Source: an uncultured Ignavibacteria bacterium
GTDB taxonomy: Bacteria > Bacteroidota > Ignavibacteria > Tepidaquicellales > OLB5
Assembly: GCA_947084945.1 (NCBI GenBank)
Contig: CAMTUP010000015.1
Span: 24,576 to 88,575 of the forward strand
DNA: 64,000 nt
Direction of reading: 5' to 3'
Shown: piece by piece, positions 23,718 through 34,601 of the stretch
Numbering within the stretch: the first letter of the stretch is position 1
Layout: every line of letters starts with the position of its first letter
The notes under the pieces: model-generated
What the model saw: only the letters and a program-made list of their open reading frames with translations
Database searches by the model: none
What the model was told of the DNA's origin: nothing
Translations under genes and position numbers: made by a program

Positions 23718-25670
23718 ATGCAGGAAAATAATTCTGAAAATACTAATAACAAAGCTGCTAGAAATCCGCTTGATATAAAACTGGGTAACCTTCCTTCCAA
23801 TACTGGTATATACCAGTTTATAGATAAGAACGGTAAAGTAATATATGTCGGCAAGGCAAAGAACCTACGTAACCGTGTTCGTTCATATTTCATTTCAAAG
23901 CCTGTTGGTCCAAGACTCACAAAAATGATATCGCTCATAAGGGATATTGAAATAATAAATACTGATTCCGAAGTTGAATCTCTTATACTCGAAATGAACA
24001 TGATAAAGGAACTTAAGCCCCGATATAATGTAAACCTTAAAGATGATAAATCATTTCCTTACATTGTAATTACCAATGAACCATACCCAAGGGTTTTCAC
24101 AACAAGGAAAAGATTCAATGACGGCTCAAAATATTTCGGTCCATATACTGATGTTGGCAATATGAAATCTTCTCTTAAAATGCTACGTGAACTTTTTATG
24201 ATAAGAACATGCAGTTTAAACATTACAAAAGAAGCCATAGAAAAAAAGAAATTCAAAGTATGTTTAGAATATCATATTCATAAATGCGAGGGTCCATGCG
24301 AAGGGCTTGTATTACAGGCTAAATACAATGAAATGACCGGTGAGATCGAAAAAGTTTTGCACGGAAAAACAACTACATTAATTAAAGAACTTGAAACAAA
24401 GATGAAAGACGCGGCTATTAATGAAAAGTTTGAAGAAGCCGCTGCAATAAGAAATAGAATTGAATCACTTACCGTATATACTGAAAGACAGAAAATTGTT
24501 TCTGAAGACTTCCTTGATAAGGATATAATTAATTTCGTTAAGGAAGATGATGATGCTTGCGCAATGATTCTGAATATCCGCGATGGAAAAGTAATTGGTA
24601 AAAGACATTTTTACTTAGATACAGTTGAAGATAAAGAACCGGGTGAAATTCTCGAGAATGTGATTTTCCGATATTATTCAGAAAATTCATTCATCCCCGA
24701 TGAAATCCACCTGCCCGAAGATACCGAATCAGGAGAGAACAGTATCCAGGCATTTGGTGAGTGGTTCCAAAAGAACTTTAATAAAAAGGTTGATTTTAAA
24801 ATTCCCAAACGCGGAGAAAAAGTTCAATTACTTGCGTTGGTTAAGACTAATGCAAGGTATATGCTTGATGAACTAAAGCTGCAACGGTTAAAACGGGAGT
24901 TTATTCCAAATTCAGTTACATCATTAAAGCGTGACTTAAGACTAACAAAGCTTCCCCGCAGAATTGAATGTTATGATATTTCAAATATTCAGGGCACTGA
25001 TACAGTAGCATCAATGGTAGTCTTTATTGATGGCAGACCAAAGAAAAGTGATTACCGGAAGTTTAAGATACTATCTGCACTGAATGAAGTCGGAAGACCC
25101 GATGATTTTGCATCAATGCGCGAAGTGATTTTCAGGAGATTCAGGAAACTGGCTGAGAAGAAGATAAATAAGACAATTGAAGCAATTAATCCAGTTGCAG
25201 AAGAAGAAAGCGGTAACCCGGATCTCAGCTTTGATTCATTCCCCGACTTAATAGTTATCGATGGCGGCAAAGGACAGCTTTCAAGCGCGGTAAAGGTTTT
25301 AAATGATATAGGCTTAAACAATCTTAATATTATTGGATTGGCAAAAAGATTAGAAGAAGTATTTCTACCTGGAGCAACGGATGCGCAATCAATTCCAAAA
25401 ACTTCAAGCGGGCTTAAGCTGCTGCAAAGAGTCCGTGATGAAGCGCACAGGTTCGCAATAACTTTCCACCGCTCACTTCATGATAAACGGACCTTAAAAA
25501 GCGAGCTTGAAGATATAAAAGGCATTGGCAAAGCTACCGCTCAGAAACTATTAAAAGAGTTCGGTTCAGTTGAAAACATTAAAGAAATGGTGAAAATTAA
25601 TTTTGAGGAGTTCGAGAAGAGGGCGGGGAAAAAAGTGGCTGAGAGACTGAAGGAATGGATTAGAAATTAA
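23718..25670 (+). CDS. uvrC: Excinuclease ABC subunit C
   Basis: GIY-YIG N-terminus (GIYQFIDKNGKVIYVGKAKNLRNRVRSYF), the UvrBC region and a C-terminal HhH (IKGIGKATAQKLLKEFGS); 650 aa. Confidence 0.95.
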   Translation: MQENNSENTNNKAARNPLDIKLGNLPSNTGIYQFIDKNGKVIYVGKAKNLRNRVRSYFISKPVGPRLTKMISLIRDIEIINTDSEVESLILEMNMIKELKPRYNVNLKDDKSFPYIVITNEPYPRVFTTRKRFNDGSKYFGPYTDVGNMKSSLKMLRELFMIRTCSLNITKEAIEKKKFKVCLEYHIHKCEGPCEGLVLQAKYNEMTGEIEKVLHGKTTTLIKELETKMKDAAINEKFEEAAAIRNRIESLTVYTERQKIVSEDFLDKDIINFVKEDDDACAMILNIRDGKVIGKRHFYLDTVEDKEPGEILENVIFRYYSENSFIPDEIHLPEDTESGENSIQAFGEWFQKNFNKKVDFKIPKRGEKVQLLALVKTNARYMLDELKLQRLKREFIPNSVTSLKRDLRLTKLPRRIECYDISNIQGTDTVASMVVFIDGRPKKSDYRKFKILSALNEVGRPDDFASMREVIFRRFRKLAEKKINKTIEAINPVAEEESGNPDLSFDSFPDLIVIDGGKGQLSSAVKVLNDIGLNNLNIIGLAKRLEEVFLPGATDAQSIPKTSSGLKLLQRVRDEAHRFAITFHRSLHDKRTLKSELEDIKGIGKATAQKLLKEFGSVENIKEMVKINFEEFEKRAGKKVAERLKEWIRN

Positions 25671-25951
25671 CCAGCAATATTTTCAAAAACTGATTTTACT
25701 TTAAAATATTTAGTTTTTCTTACTTTTTTCTTTTCTGTTTTTATAAAATCTTTTTCAATAAATTCAATACATGTTCCATCTTCTATAGATTCAATTAGTT
25801 TTGGATATTTTACTATTTCTCTTAAAAAATCAAAACTTAAGCCTATATTTCTGTTTATTTTTTCGTTTTTAGTCATATTTTCAAAATTAATCTTTTTATT
25901 ATTTAAACTGAATATAGCCTTTATATATAAATTGTTCAAATCATAATTCAT
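25667..25951 (-). CDS. Hypothetical protein
   Basis: 94-aa ORF convergent with uvrC (4-nt overlap); no motif recognised. Confidence 0.4.
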   Translation of the reverse strand: MNYDLNNLYIKAIFSLNNKKINFENMTKNEKINRNIGLSFDFLREIVKYPKLIESIEDGTCIEFIEKDFIKTEKKKVRKTKYFKVKSVFENIAG

Positions 25952-26111
25952 TCCATTTATATAAAATATATATTTTAGTTAGAAATACTAACAATTTTCC
26001 CCTTGATAAATACTAAAAACTTTGTTAAAATTACAGTAAGGAGATGTACAGGTATGTAATTTAGGTTTTAAAGGCATTCAATACTTTTTTGTTAACTAAA
26101 CTACTAATAAT

Positions 26112-26795
26112 ATGGATAGCAAAATGATTGAGATTACTTTAAAAGATTTTACCGGTGTTAACGATCTTGAAAGCTCCAAATACCTGCTGCTGAATAAGTT
26201 CAAGCTTTGCGAAAAGGAACTTAACGATACCAGACTTTACCCCACTTACCAGATGCTAATAAATATATACATGCAGCTTGCTGATATTATGAAGAACCAT
26301 AACAGGATATTCAACAAGGAATATACTGATGCTATAAGCGAGCAGGAAATGGATGAAAAGATGATGCTGATAAACAATGAACTTGAAAACAGCTTTGAGC
26401 TTATGCACTGGGCATTTGCGCATCTTAACCGTGTGATGGAACAGGGCAAGGCTATATTTGATTTTGTTGACCAAAGCATTACAATAGAACCAATAGGAAT
26501 TAAAACAATTTATAATACCGAAGGTTATTTCATACTGCCGGATAACAGAGAAAGATTGCTTAGAATTATAAAATACAGCAGGAATCTATATAAAGTTTTA
26601 AAGACGAAAGAAGTAGGAAACAGAGAAATGAAACTAATTACTATTCCAAATGAAATATTAAGAGACCAGATGTATTCAGATGATTTCCTGAACCGGATAA
26701 TTTACATGCTGGATACTGAACTTAATTTTTCATATCAGCAGACAATCCTGCCAGTAGCAAAAAGAAAATTCCTTGGATTTTTGGAGGGATGTTGA
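26112..26795 (+). CDS. Hypothetical protein
   Basis: 227-aa ORF with clean codon usage and no recognisable motif. Confidence 0.5.
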   Translation: MDSKMIEITLKDFTGVNDLESSKYLLLNKFKLCEKELNDTRLYPTYQMLINIYMQLADIMKNHNRIFNKEYTDAISEQEMDEKMMLINNELENSFELMHWAFAHLNRVMEQGKAIFDFVDQSITIEPIGIKTIYNTEGYFILPDNRERLLRIIKYSRNLYKVLKTKEVGNREMKLITIPNEILRDQMYSDDFLNRIIYMLDTELNFSYQQTILPVAKRKFLGFLEGC

Positions 26796-26798
26796 ATC

Positions 26799-27674
26799 CT
26801 ACTCCACCAGCAGCTCAGGTCTATACTCAAAATGCATGGTGTCGTAGTGATACCACTTACCGCCCCAGATGAATCCATGCTTTTCGAAAATCTCGACAAT
26901 TTCTATCGGTATCTGATTTTTCCATACCTTATTGCCATCCCACTGCCAGTAATTGCTATACTTTGTATTTATATCAATCGCAGTGCCGAAAGAATGTGTG
27001 CTCATCCTGTTTGTACCTGCAATTTTACGCCAATTGAAAGTACCTGCTGTTTTGCTAATATACTTATGGAATTCCGCGCCAAGCGTTGCTTCAATTTCAT
27101 CACTCACCTCTTTAATTTTTTTAGCAGCGCCGTTTACATTATTGAACTGAATAGTACATCCGCATATGGAAGGCAGCCACTTAACATTTACAAGATTTCT
27201 TTGAACTTCGCCTGATGAAGAGCCGTACATCTTTGTGAAAAAGGGTTCATATCTTACTCTTCCAGGTTCAAAATCTTCCTCCGGCGGTGAGCCCCAATCA
27301 TTCCCCTTAACATATTTCTGTAACATCATATCTTCAAGGTCGGGGTTATCAAGCATTTCATCGTGGGTTTTATTTTGTATGCCGTCATCCCACTGCATTT
27401 TGGTGCCGTCTTTCCAATACAGAGTATTTTCATCGGCTGATTCCAGAAAATCAGGATAAGCCTTCAGCAGTTTTTTTAATCCTTCGGGAATATTTGAATT
27501 ATTTTTAAGGGTATCAATACCTTTGGGAAGGGTATCACTACTGTTTACCTTTTTATTTAAATCATTATTTGTTTTATTTAGGTCATTGTTTGTATAATTT
27601 GACCTGTTCTCAGTTTCATTGCACGAAAATAAGCTAAAAAACGTGATAATATAGATAAGTAGATTCATAACCAT
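26799..27674 (-). CDS. Peptidase M15 (VanY/D-Ala-D-Ala carboxypeptidase-like) lipoprotein
   Basis: Zn-ligand motifs MSTHSFGTAIDIN and HYDTMHFEY. The start is placed at MVMNLLIYIITFFSLFSCNE (lipobox), which removes the overlap with the divergent 27718 gene. Confidence 0.75.
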   Translation of the reverse strand: MVMNLLIYIITFFSLFSCNETENRSNYTNNDLNKTNNDLNKKVNSSDTLPKGIDTLKNNSNIPEGLKKLLKAYPDFLESADENTLYWKDGTKMQWDDGIQNKTHDEMLDNPDLEDMMLQKYVKGNDWGSPPEEDFEPGRVRYEPFFTKMYGSSSGEVQRNLVNVKWLPSICGCTIQFNNVNGAAKKIKEVSDEIEATLGAEFHKYISKTAGTFNWRKIAGTNRMSTHSFGTAIDINTKYSNYWQWDGNKVWKNQIPIEIVEIFEKHGFIWGGKWYHYDTMHFEYRPELLVE

Positions 27675-27717
27675 TTTTAATATTTTGTAAATATACTTTA
27701 TTACTGCAAATTCTATA

Positions 27718-28425
27718 ATGCAAAAAGGAAAACTATTTTTAATTCCGAACTCACTTGGCAATGATGACCTATCCAAAGTGATACCAGCATCTGTGTTTGA
27801 TATAGTAAATAAAATAGATCATTATATTGTAGAAAACATCAGGACTGCTGCAAAGTTTCTTAAACTGGCTGGATTAAATAAACCACTTAAGGAATTAATC
27901 TTCTATGTACTTAACACTAACAGCAAAGCCGGAGATATTACCGGATACCTTGATGAGGCGGTTCATGGTAAAGATATCGGACTGATATCTGAAGCTGGAT
28001 TGCCATGTATTGCTGACCCGGGGTCTGTAATTGTAACAATGGCACACCAAAAAGGAATACAGGTTGTGCCTATGAGTGGTCCATCCTCAATTCTAATGGC
28101 GCTAATGGCATCAGGAGTAAATGGACAGAGTTTTGCTTTCAATGGTTATCTGCCTATTGATAAACAAGTACGCTTCCAAAAATTCAAAGAGCTTGAAAAT
28201 AAAGTAAAATTTCAGAACCAGACACAGATATTTATTGAAGCTCCACACAGGAATCAAAGGCTATTTGATGAATTTCTGGAAGCATGTTCAGACGAAATAA
28301 TTCTTTCAATTTCAAAAAATCTGACTATGGAAACAGAATTTATCTCTTCTAAAACTATTGCTGAATGGAAGAAAATTAAAATTTCGCTCGGCAAAGATCC
28401 GGTAATATTTATATTAGGAAAATAA
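27718..28425 (+). CDS. SAM-dependent methyltransferase of the tetrapyrrole-methylase fold (RsmI-like)
   Basis: LFLIPNSLGN..., SEAGLPCIADPGS and VPMSGPSSILMALMASG are typical of the RsmI/TP_methylase family; 235 aa. Confidence 0.7.
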   Translation: MQKGKLFLIPNSLGNDDLSKVIPASVFDIVNKIDHYIVENIRTAAKFLKLAGLNKPLKELIFYVLNTNSKAGDITGYLDEAVHGKDIGLISEAGLPCIADPGSVIVTMAHQKGIQVVPMSGPSSILMALMASGVNGQSFAFNGYLPIDKQVRFQKFKELENKVKFQNQTQIFIEAPHRNQRLFDEFLEACSDEIILSISKNLTMETEFISSKTIAEWKKIKISLGKDPVIFILGK

Positions 28426-28428
28426 CAT

Positions 28429-28980
28429 ATGCATTACAAAACCAAATTTAAAATTTCGATACTAATTCTCTCGTTAATAATATTTTCTTGCGGTAAAACC
28501 GATAAACCCGATACAGGTACAAAAGAAAAAACCACAACACAGGATAGTAAAGAACAAACAGGGCAGAACTCAGAAAATCAAAATCAGGAGACTGGCTCAA
28601 CAGAAAAAAAGGATGGCGAAACAAAATCGGGTAAGTTAGATTTGAAATGGGATTTCAGACCTCTGAAACCTGGTCAATATGATGAACCTATGACGGATGT
28701 GTTTTTAATCGTAAACGGGAAAAGTCATTTTGTATCCAAGATATATTACAGTTTTAGTGAAACTCCGAGTTCAGGATACAAAGATTATGAAATACCATCA
28801 GAAGCTTCGCTATCATGCCGTGGGTGGTGGGCTGGAGCGGGTATTGATTACTGGCTAATCAGGAAAAATAATGAGCTTATTGTTATGGGAAGAGATATTG
28901 GAGAAACAATTGATGAAAATGGTGAACCTGGAGATTTTACCGGGAAGCCCTTTAAAGTAACTACAATAAAACCGGAATAA
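28429..28980 (+). CDS. Hypothetical lipoprotein
   Basis: Lipobox LIIFSCGK followed by a low-complexity T/E/Q linker; 183 aa. Confidence 0.55.
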   Translation: MHYKTKFKISILILSLIIFSCGKTDKPDTGTKEKTTTQDSKEQTGQNSENQNQETGSTEKKDGETKSGKLDLKWDFRPLKPGQYDEPMTDVFLIVNGKSHFVSKIYYSFSETPSSGYKDYEIPSEASLSCRGWWAGAGIDYWLIRKNNELIVMGRDIGETIDENGEPGDFTGKPFKVTTIKPE

Positions 28981-29006
28981 TTTTATTAATTAAAATATTA
29001 CTTAGT

Positions 29007-29138
29007 ATGGAAGAAACCTCAAAGAAAACAAGCCTGCTTTCAAAAGCATTGATATGGTTCCTGGTATTTTCAACTATTGTTGTTATCTATCTGACTGTAA
29101 AACTTTTGGTTGTTAGTACATATTTTCGTGATTTATAA
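29007..29138 (+). CDS. Possible 43-aa single-pass membrane peptide
   Basis: MEETSKKTSLLSKALIWFLVFSTIVVIYLTVKLLVVSTYFRDL; too short for the ORF track; weak support. Confidence 0.2.
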   Translation: MEETSKKTSLLSKALIWFLVFSTIVVIYLTVKLLVVSTYFRDL

Positions 29139-29165
29139 AAACAAAAATGTAACACAGTACAAAAC

Positions 29166-29191
29166 AAAAGGACGGGCAATGCCGTCCTTTT
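29166..29191. terminator. Bidirectional terminator hairpin between convergent genes
   Basis: aaaa-ggacgg-gcaatg-ccgtcc-tttt, with A and T runs on either side. Confidence 0.65.
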
Positions 29192-29236
29192 ATAATGATT
29201 TGCAATTAAAATTTAACTAAAGTCTCAACAAAATAC

Positions 29237-29515
29237 TTATCTGCTATTAACAGCATCAGAAAGTCCTTTGCCTGCTTTGAACTTTGCAACTTTTCTTGCA
29301 GAAATATTTATTGTAGCTCCGGTCTGTGGATTTCTCCCTATTCTGGCTGCTCTTTTAGAAACTGAAAAAGTACCAAAACCTACGAGTGATACTCGTCCGC
29401 CTTTTTTAAGTGTTTTTGTTACACATGCTAAAAAAGAATCGAGTGCAGCTTTTGCAGCTACTTTTGTTGTATCTACATCTTCAGACATTTTTGTAATGAT
29501 TTCTTCTCTTGTCAT
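29237..29515 (-). CDS. hup: HU/IHF-family nucleoid DNA-binding protein
   Basis: VSLVGFGTFSVSKRAARIGRNPQTGATINISARKVAKFKAGK; 92 aa. Confidence 0.9.
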   Translation of the reverse strand: MTREEIITKMSEDVDTTKVAAKAALDSFLACVTKTLKKGGRVSLVGFGTFSVSKRAARIGRNPQTGATINISARKVAKFKAGKGLSDAVNSR

Positions 29516-29676
29516 TTGTTTTTAATATTTAATTAGTTAATATTTATTTATTAGAAGTTCTACAAAGATAACTATTTCTTAACAAAATAAAAAATAGTTA
29601 ATTAGGTAGTTAATCATAATTCATACCTTTTTTGATAATTAATATTTAGTTAAAATTGCACCCAAATTAAATCTGA

Positions 29677-31431
29677 ATGAAAATACTACTATCTTATCTA
29701 AAAAATTATCGGGGATTCGTCATCCTTGCCCTCGTATTAGCCGCAGTAAACCAGTTGTTTTCAATGATGGACCCAATTATTTTAAGGTACATTATTGATG
29801 ATTATGCAACAAAATTCGATAAATATACCCCGGAACAGTTTTTTAAAGGCGTAGGTTTGCTGATGGGACTTGGTATTGGTGCTGCATTTGTATCAAGAGT
29901 AGCCAAAAATTTCCAGGATTACTATATTAATGTGATTACCCAGAAGCTGGGGGCTAAAATGTACGCAGATGGCATCAGGCACTCGCTTGAACTGCCATAC
30001 CAGGTTTTTGAGGATAAACGTAGCGGTGAAACTCTCGGCGTTTTGCAAAAAGTAAGGACAGATGTTGAAAAGCTTCTGGCTGTTTCTATTAATACAGTTT
30101 ACACTTCTCTTATTGGATTGATATTTGTAATGATTTATTCTTTTTCAATTCACTGGATAATTTTTCCCGTTTATGCTATTACCGCTCCCCTGATAGCTTT
30201 TATCAGTTCAAAGCTAAGCAAAAAAATAAAGGTGATCCAGAAAAAAATTGTCGGTGAAACTACAGTGCTTGCTGGGACGACAACTGAATCACTTAGAAAT
30301 ATCGAGCTTGTTAAAAGTCTGGGGTTGGCAGGACAGGAAATTAGCAGGCTTAATACAACTACTGATAAAATATTAACTCTCGAACTTAAAAAAGTTAAAT
30401 TCATACGAAGTTTAAGTTTTATACAGGGAACGCTTGTTAATTTTTTAAGGACATCAATTCTATTTATTATGATGTATCTGATATTTTCAAAGATTATAAG
30501 TGCAGGCGAATTCTTTTCGTTGTATGTCTATTCATTCTTTATATTCGGACCACTTCAGGAGCTTGGTAATGTAATTAACATATATAGGGAAACCGAAGTA
30601 TCACTTAGTAATTTTAAGGATATTATCAACACTCCCCTGGAGACCAAGCCTGAAAAACCGGTTTCAATTGGTAAAATAGAAACCATTTCTTTTGACCATG
30701 TTACATTTAAACATCAAAGCGCATCAAACCACGCACTTGAAAATATTACATTCAATACTTCCGTTGGCGAAACTGTTGCATTCGTAGGTCCTTCAGGAGC
30801 TGGAAAAACAACACTTGTTAAACTGCTGGTTGGTCTATATACTCCTCAAATTGGTACTATATTATATAACGGCATCCCGGGCAGAGAAATTGAATTTGAT
30901 AACTTACGCAACCAAATAGGTTTTGTTACACAGGATACTCAGCTTTTTGCCGGCTCTATAAAAGAAAACCTGCTATTTGTGAATCCAAATGCAACCGATG
31001 CCGAAATAATTGATGCCTTGAACAAAGCAGCATGCCAAAATCTTTTAGAAAGAGCAGATAAAGGTATTAATACTGTTATTGGCGAGGGCGGAGTAAAAGT
31101 TTCAGGGGGTGAGAAGCAAAGGCTTTCAATAGCACGTGCTTTATTGCGGCAGCCAAGACTTCTTGTATTTGATGAAGCTACATCAGCACTTGATTCATTG
31201 ACCGAAGAAGATATAAGTCAGACTGTAAGAGATGTTTCAGCTAATACTCATCATATTACAATCCTGATTGCTCACAGGCTTTCAACAATTATGCATGCTG
31301 ATAAAATTTATGTTCTCGAAAAAGGTCGTATGGTAGAAGAAGGTAGACATGAGGAACTGCTGGAAATAAAGGGACTATACTATGCAATGTGGCGTCAGCA
31401 AATTGGTGAACGTCAGCGAATCAATGGATGA
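29677..31431 (+). CDS. ABC exporter, fused permease/ATPase (MsbA/type-1 exporter family)
   Basis: Six-TM N-half, Walker A GPSGAGKTT, signature VSGGEKQRLSIARA and Walker B LLVFDEATSALD. Confidence 0.9.
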   Translation: MKILLSYLKNYRGFVILALVLAAVNQLFSMMDPIILRYIIDDYATKFDKYTPEQFFKGVGLLMGLGIGAAFVSRVAKNFQDYYINVITQKLGAKMYADGIRHSLELPYQVFEDKRSGETLGVLQKVRTDVEKLLAVSINTVYTSLIGLIFVMIYSFSIHWIIFPVYAITAPLIAFISSKLSKKIKVIQKKIVGETTVLAGTTTESLRNIELVKSLGLAGQEISRLNTTTDKILTLELKKVKFIRSLSFIQGTLVNFLRTSILFIMMYLIFSKIISAGEFFSLYVYSFFIFGPLQELGNVINIYRETEVSLSNFKDIINTPLETKPEKPVSIGKIETISFDHVTFKHQSASNHALENITFNTSVGETVAFVGPSGAGKTTLVKLLVGLYTPQIGTILYNGIPGREIEFDNLRNQIGFVTQDTQLFAGSIKENLLFVNPNATDAEIIDALNKAACQNLLERADKGINTVIGEGGVKVSGGEKQRLSIARALLRQPRLLVFDEATSALDSLTEEDISQTVRDVSANTHHITILIAHRLSTIMHADKIYVLEKGRMVEEGRHEELLEIKGLYYAMWRQQIGERQRING

Positions 31432-31716
31432 TTTAATGATGTGTTAACCATTAAGAACCAGTAAAATAGTTTTTTGAAAAAAATTAATGTTATATTTAAC
31501 AACTTTGTTGGCATTAGTCTGACTCTCATTGCAGTATAATTGAATATGAAACTTCGCATAGAAGCATATTTCCTTTTCACATTTCTATCAATTTTCCTTG
31601 AAAAACCATCTATTTATTAGTAATTTACTTGATTATTAAGTAAATTCATTGAAATTTTAACACAAGTTTATTGATTATATACATATATATACAGAATATG
31701 GGTAAATCTGCTCTAA

Positions 31717-32406
31717 ATGTACAATAATTTTAAACATAGTTCTTTATTTTTAGGATTTTTCCTGAATAAAATACCGTTATTTTTGTTCTTTATAATATTT
31801 TATTGTGTCGGTCTCACTTCACAGACAGCAAAAAAAAACAACCTCGAGATATTTGAACAGGAAATCTCAGGTGAGCTGGATAAAATTTTCTTCTTTCCGC
31901 AGGTCGAAAGAGATCGTAAATTTGTTTTCTTTGTAAGCTCTGACAAAAACAACAAAGAAGAAAAAAAGTTCATAGAATCGGTTATCAGGAAGAACTCCGA
32001 GCGAAACAAACTCAAAATATCTTTCGCAAAAGATGAAACGATTGATGCTCCTGATAGTATTTATTATAAATGCAGAATAAAAATACAAAAACTTAAGACC
32101 GAATATACAAAACTCATCAAAAATGGTTTCCTTGGTGAAAAATCAATGCAAAGGAAAATAGTTTCTGAGCTTGATATAGATATTTCTGTTAATAATGGTT
32201 TAATGCTGGTAAATGATGTAATAAGAACAAAGTATAATGATGAGATACCTTATGAAGATTACAAGGTATTCCAAAGCAGTGAATACAAATTCACTCAATC
32301 AATTCCGCCAAATATAAGTTTCATTGAATCCATAATTTTTCCAGCAGCAATAATTACACTTTCTGCAGTAGCTGCAATACTTTTTTTCACCATAAGATCT
32401 AAATAA
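31717..32406 (+). CDS. Hypothetical membrane-anchored protein
   Basis: 229 aa with N- and C-terminal hydrophobic segments; no motif recognised. Confidence 0.45.
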   Translation: MYNNFKHSSLFLGFFLNKIPLFLFFIIFYCVGLTSQTAKKNNLEIFEQEISGELDKIFFFPQVERDRKFVFFVSSDKNNKEEKKFIESVIRKNSERNKLKISFAKDETIDAPDSIYYKCRIKIQKLKTEYTKLIKNGFLGEKSMQRKIVSELDIDISVNNGLMLVNDVIRTKYNDEIPYEDYKVFQSSEYKFTQSIPPNISFIESIIFPAAIITLSAVAAILFFTIRSK

Positions 32407-32459
32407 AAAAGATTTTAATAAATTAAAAAGATCTAATTTAAAAGAACAATAAATAACAA

Positions 32460-33254
32460 TTGAAAAAATTCCAATTTTTAAAACTACCTCGGTATTTCAT
32501 ACTCGTTTTACTTTCACTCTTTGCAATACAGTTTATAAGTGGATGCGGCTCCTCCAAAACTGATATAAACACCGATGACCCTCAAAAAGCTTTTGATATA
32601 GCTAAAAGAAAGTACGATAAAAGGGATTACGTTGATGCTATCGATAACCTTTCATTTATAAAAATTCGATTTCCGGGTACAGATGTATCTGATAAGGTGC
32701 AATTTTACCTTGCAAGCAGCTATTTTTATCAGAAAGAATATATCCTTGCTGCTTATGAATTTGAAAGCTTCTTGAAGAATTTTCCATTAAGCCCGTTTTA
32801 TTCTGAAGGAAAATTCATGCTTGGCAATACATATTACGAGCTATCACCAAAATATTCCCTTGACCAGCAGTTTACAAAAGAAGCATTGAACCAGTACTTA
32901 TCATTTATAGAAGAATATCCTCAGGATAAAAATGTTGCAGACGCAGATAAGAAAATTAAGGAATTAAGAAACAAACTGGCTTTCAAGGATTATTGGACAG
33001 CAGAACTTTATATGAAGACAGATAATTACAAAGCAGCTTCATTATATTACCAGGCTGTATATGATGAATATATTGATTCTGATTGGGCTGATGACGCAAT
33101 GGTAGCTCAGGCAGAAGCATACATTAATGGCAGAAAATATGAAGAAGCGAAAAAAGTACTTGAAAAGTTTTACAAACTTTTCCCAAACAGTACTTTAAAA
33201 GCAAAAGCCGATAAGCTATCAAGCAGAATAAAAGAAAACCAGTCAGTTAAATAA
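32460..33254 (+). CDS. bamD: Outer-membrane protein assembly factor BamD-like TPR lipoprotein
   Basis: Lipobox FISGCGS, with TPR helices and a length (264 aa) typical of BamD/YfiO. TTG start as given in the track. Confidence 0.7.
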   Translation: MKKFQFLKLPRYFILVLLSLFAIQFISGCGSSKTDINTDDPQKAFDIAKRKYDKRDYVDAIDNLSFIKIRFPGTDVSDKVQFYLASSYFYQKEYILAAYEFESFLKNFPLSPFYSEGKFMLGNTYYELSPKYSLDQQFTKEALNQYLSFIEEYPQDKNVADADKKIKELRNKLAFKDYWTAELYMKTDNYKAASLYYQAVYDEYIDSDWADDAMVAQAEAYINGRKYEEAKKVLEKFYKLFPNSTLKAKADKLSSRIKENQSVK

Positions 33255-33305
33255 AGCATTGCAGATAAATAAACTAATTAAAATATAAGAACTGATAAAT
33301 AATTA

Positions 33306-33797
33306 ATGAGCGAATTGAAAACTAAAACAATGAAGGAATCACAGGTAACAATGGTAGAGCTTGTGCTTCCTAATGATACTAATATTTTAATGAACCTGCT
33401 TGGTGGAAGGCTTATGCACTGGATGGATATTGCAGCAGCAATGGCTGCATCAAGACACAGCCATAATATAGCTGTTACCGCTGTAGTTGATGACCTTTCA
33501 TTCCACGAACCTATCAGACTAGGAAACATAGTTTCACTTCGAGCAAACGTTAACAGAGCTTATAATACTTCAATGGAGGTCGGGGTTAAGGTTGAAGTTG
33601 AAGATTTTAAAACCGGAGAAAAAAAACATTCTAACAGTGCATATTTCACTTTTGTTAGCATTGATACTGAAACCGGATATAAAGTGCCTGTTCCGCAGAT
33701 AATTCCAGAAACAGAAGAAGAAACTAAATGGTACAATGATGCACTGATTCGAAGGGAACAAAGACTTAACAAAAAACATGGAATTATTAATAATTAA
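33306..33797 (+). CDS. Acyl-CoA thioesterase (hotdog fold, YciA/Acot-like)
   Basis: ELVLPNDTNILMNLLGGRLMHWMDIAAAMAASRH matches the family signature. Confidence 0.85.
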   Translation: MSELKTKTMKESQVTMVELVLPNDTNILMNLLGGRLMHWMDIAAAMAASRHSHNIAVTAVVDDLSFHEPIRLGNIVSLRANVNRAYNTSMEVGVKVEVEDFKTGEKKHSNSAYFTFVSIDTETGYKVPVPQIIPETEEETKWYNDALIRREQRLNKKHGIINN

Positions 33798-33830
33798 TCT
33801 GTTTAAACCTACTCACGTTTCCCCAAAATA

Positions 33831-34472
33831 ATGCAAGATACACTATCAGAAGTAATAACATTGAAAGCAGTTAACCTTACAAGAAAATTCGATAGAAGAC
33901 CGATATTCAATGATGTAAATTTTGAGCTTTCTATGGGCAGTGCTACTGCAATTACAGGCAGAAATGGTTCAGGTAAATCAACACTTATCAAAATTATCGC
34001 CAACCTTTTAATACAATCATCAGGCGAGCTAAATTTATTTTTAGGAACCGAGAAAGTTAAAAAAGAAAATATTTATAAATACATTGGCTTTGTTTCTCCT
34101 TATCTGAACTTATACGATGAATTCACCGGTTTTGAAAATCTTAGAATAGTATCCGATATTCGTGGTTATGGTCATGATAATATTGATAATGTACTTAATC
34201 GAGTAGGATTGTTTAACCGAAGAAATGACCTGTTGAAAATATATTCATCCGGTATGAAGCAAAGGCTAAAAATTGCTTTTGCTATTTTGCATAATCCAAA
34301 GTTACTTCTGCTTGATGAACCTACAAGCAATCTGGATCTTGATGGCATTGCAGTAGTTGATGATATTGCAGATGAATACAAAAAAGATCGGATACTTATC
34401 ATAGCCACAAATGATGCACATGAAAGAACATTATGCAAAGAGGAAATTAATTTGAACGGAATTGAACACTGA
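33831..34472 (+). CDS. ccmA: ABC transporter ATP-binding protein, CcmA-like
   Basis: Walker A GRNGSGKST, signature SSGMKQRL and Walker B LLLDEPTSNLD. The CcmA call rests on the adjacent CcmB-like gene. Confidence 0.55.
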   Translation: MQDTLSEVITLKAVNLTRKFDRRPIFNDVNFELSMGSATAITGRNGSGKSTLIKIIANLLIQSSGELNLFLGTEKVKKENIYKYIGFVSPYLNLYDEFTGFENLRIVSDIRGYGHDNIDNVLNRVGLFNRRNDLLKIYSSGMKQRLKIAFAILHNPKLLLLDEPTSNLDLDGIAVVDDIADEYKKDRILIIATNDAHERTLCKEEINLNGIEH

Positions 34473-34601
34473 TATTACTGATAAAAAATAAAATATTTTA
34501 AATTTTGGTAAAAAACCTGAATTCAAAAGAAAAATATTTACAAATGACCAAAAGAATACATCAGTTTGAATCCATAAAATCTGTGTTCCGGAAAAGGTAC
34601 T

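Noticed and set aside
23711-24001. Minus-strand 96-aa ORF overlapping the uvrC start
   Set aside because: It is antisense to the highly conserved GIY-YIG domain coding sequence and has no support.
31546-31620. 24-aa ORF (MKLRIEAYFLFTFLSIFLEKPSIY) in the 285-bp gap before 31717
   Set aside because: It is too short, lacks any conserved context, and such ORFs arise by chance in AT-rich intergenic DNA.
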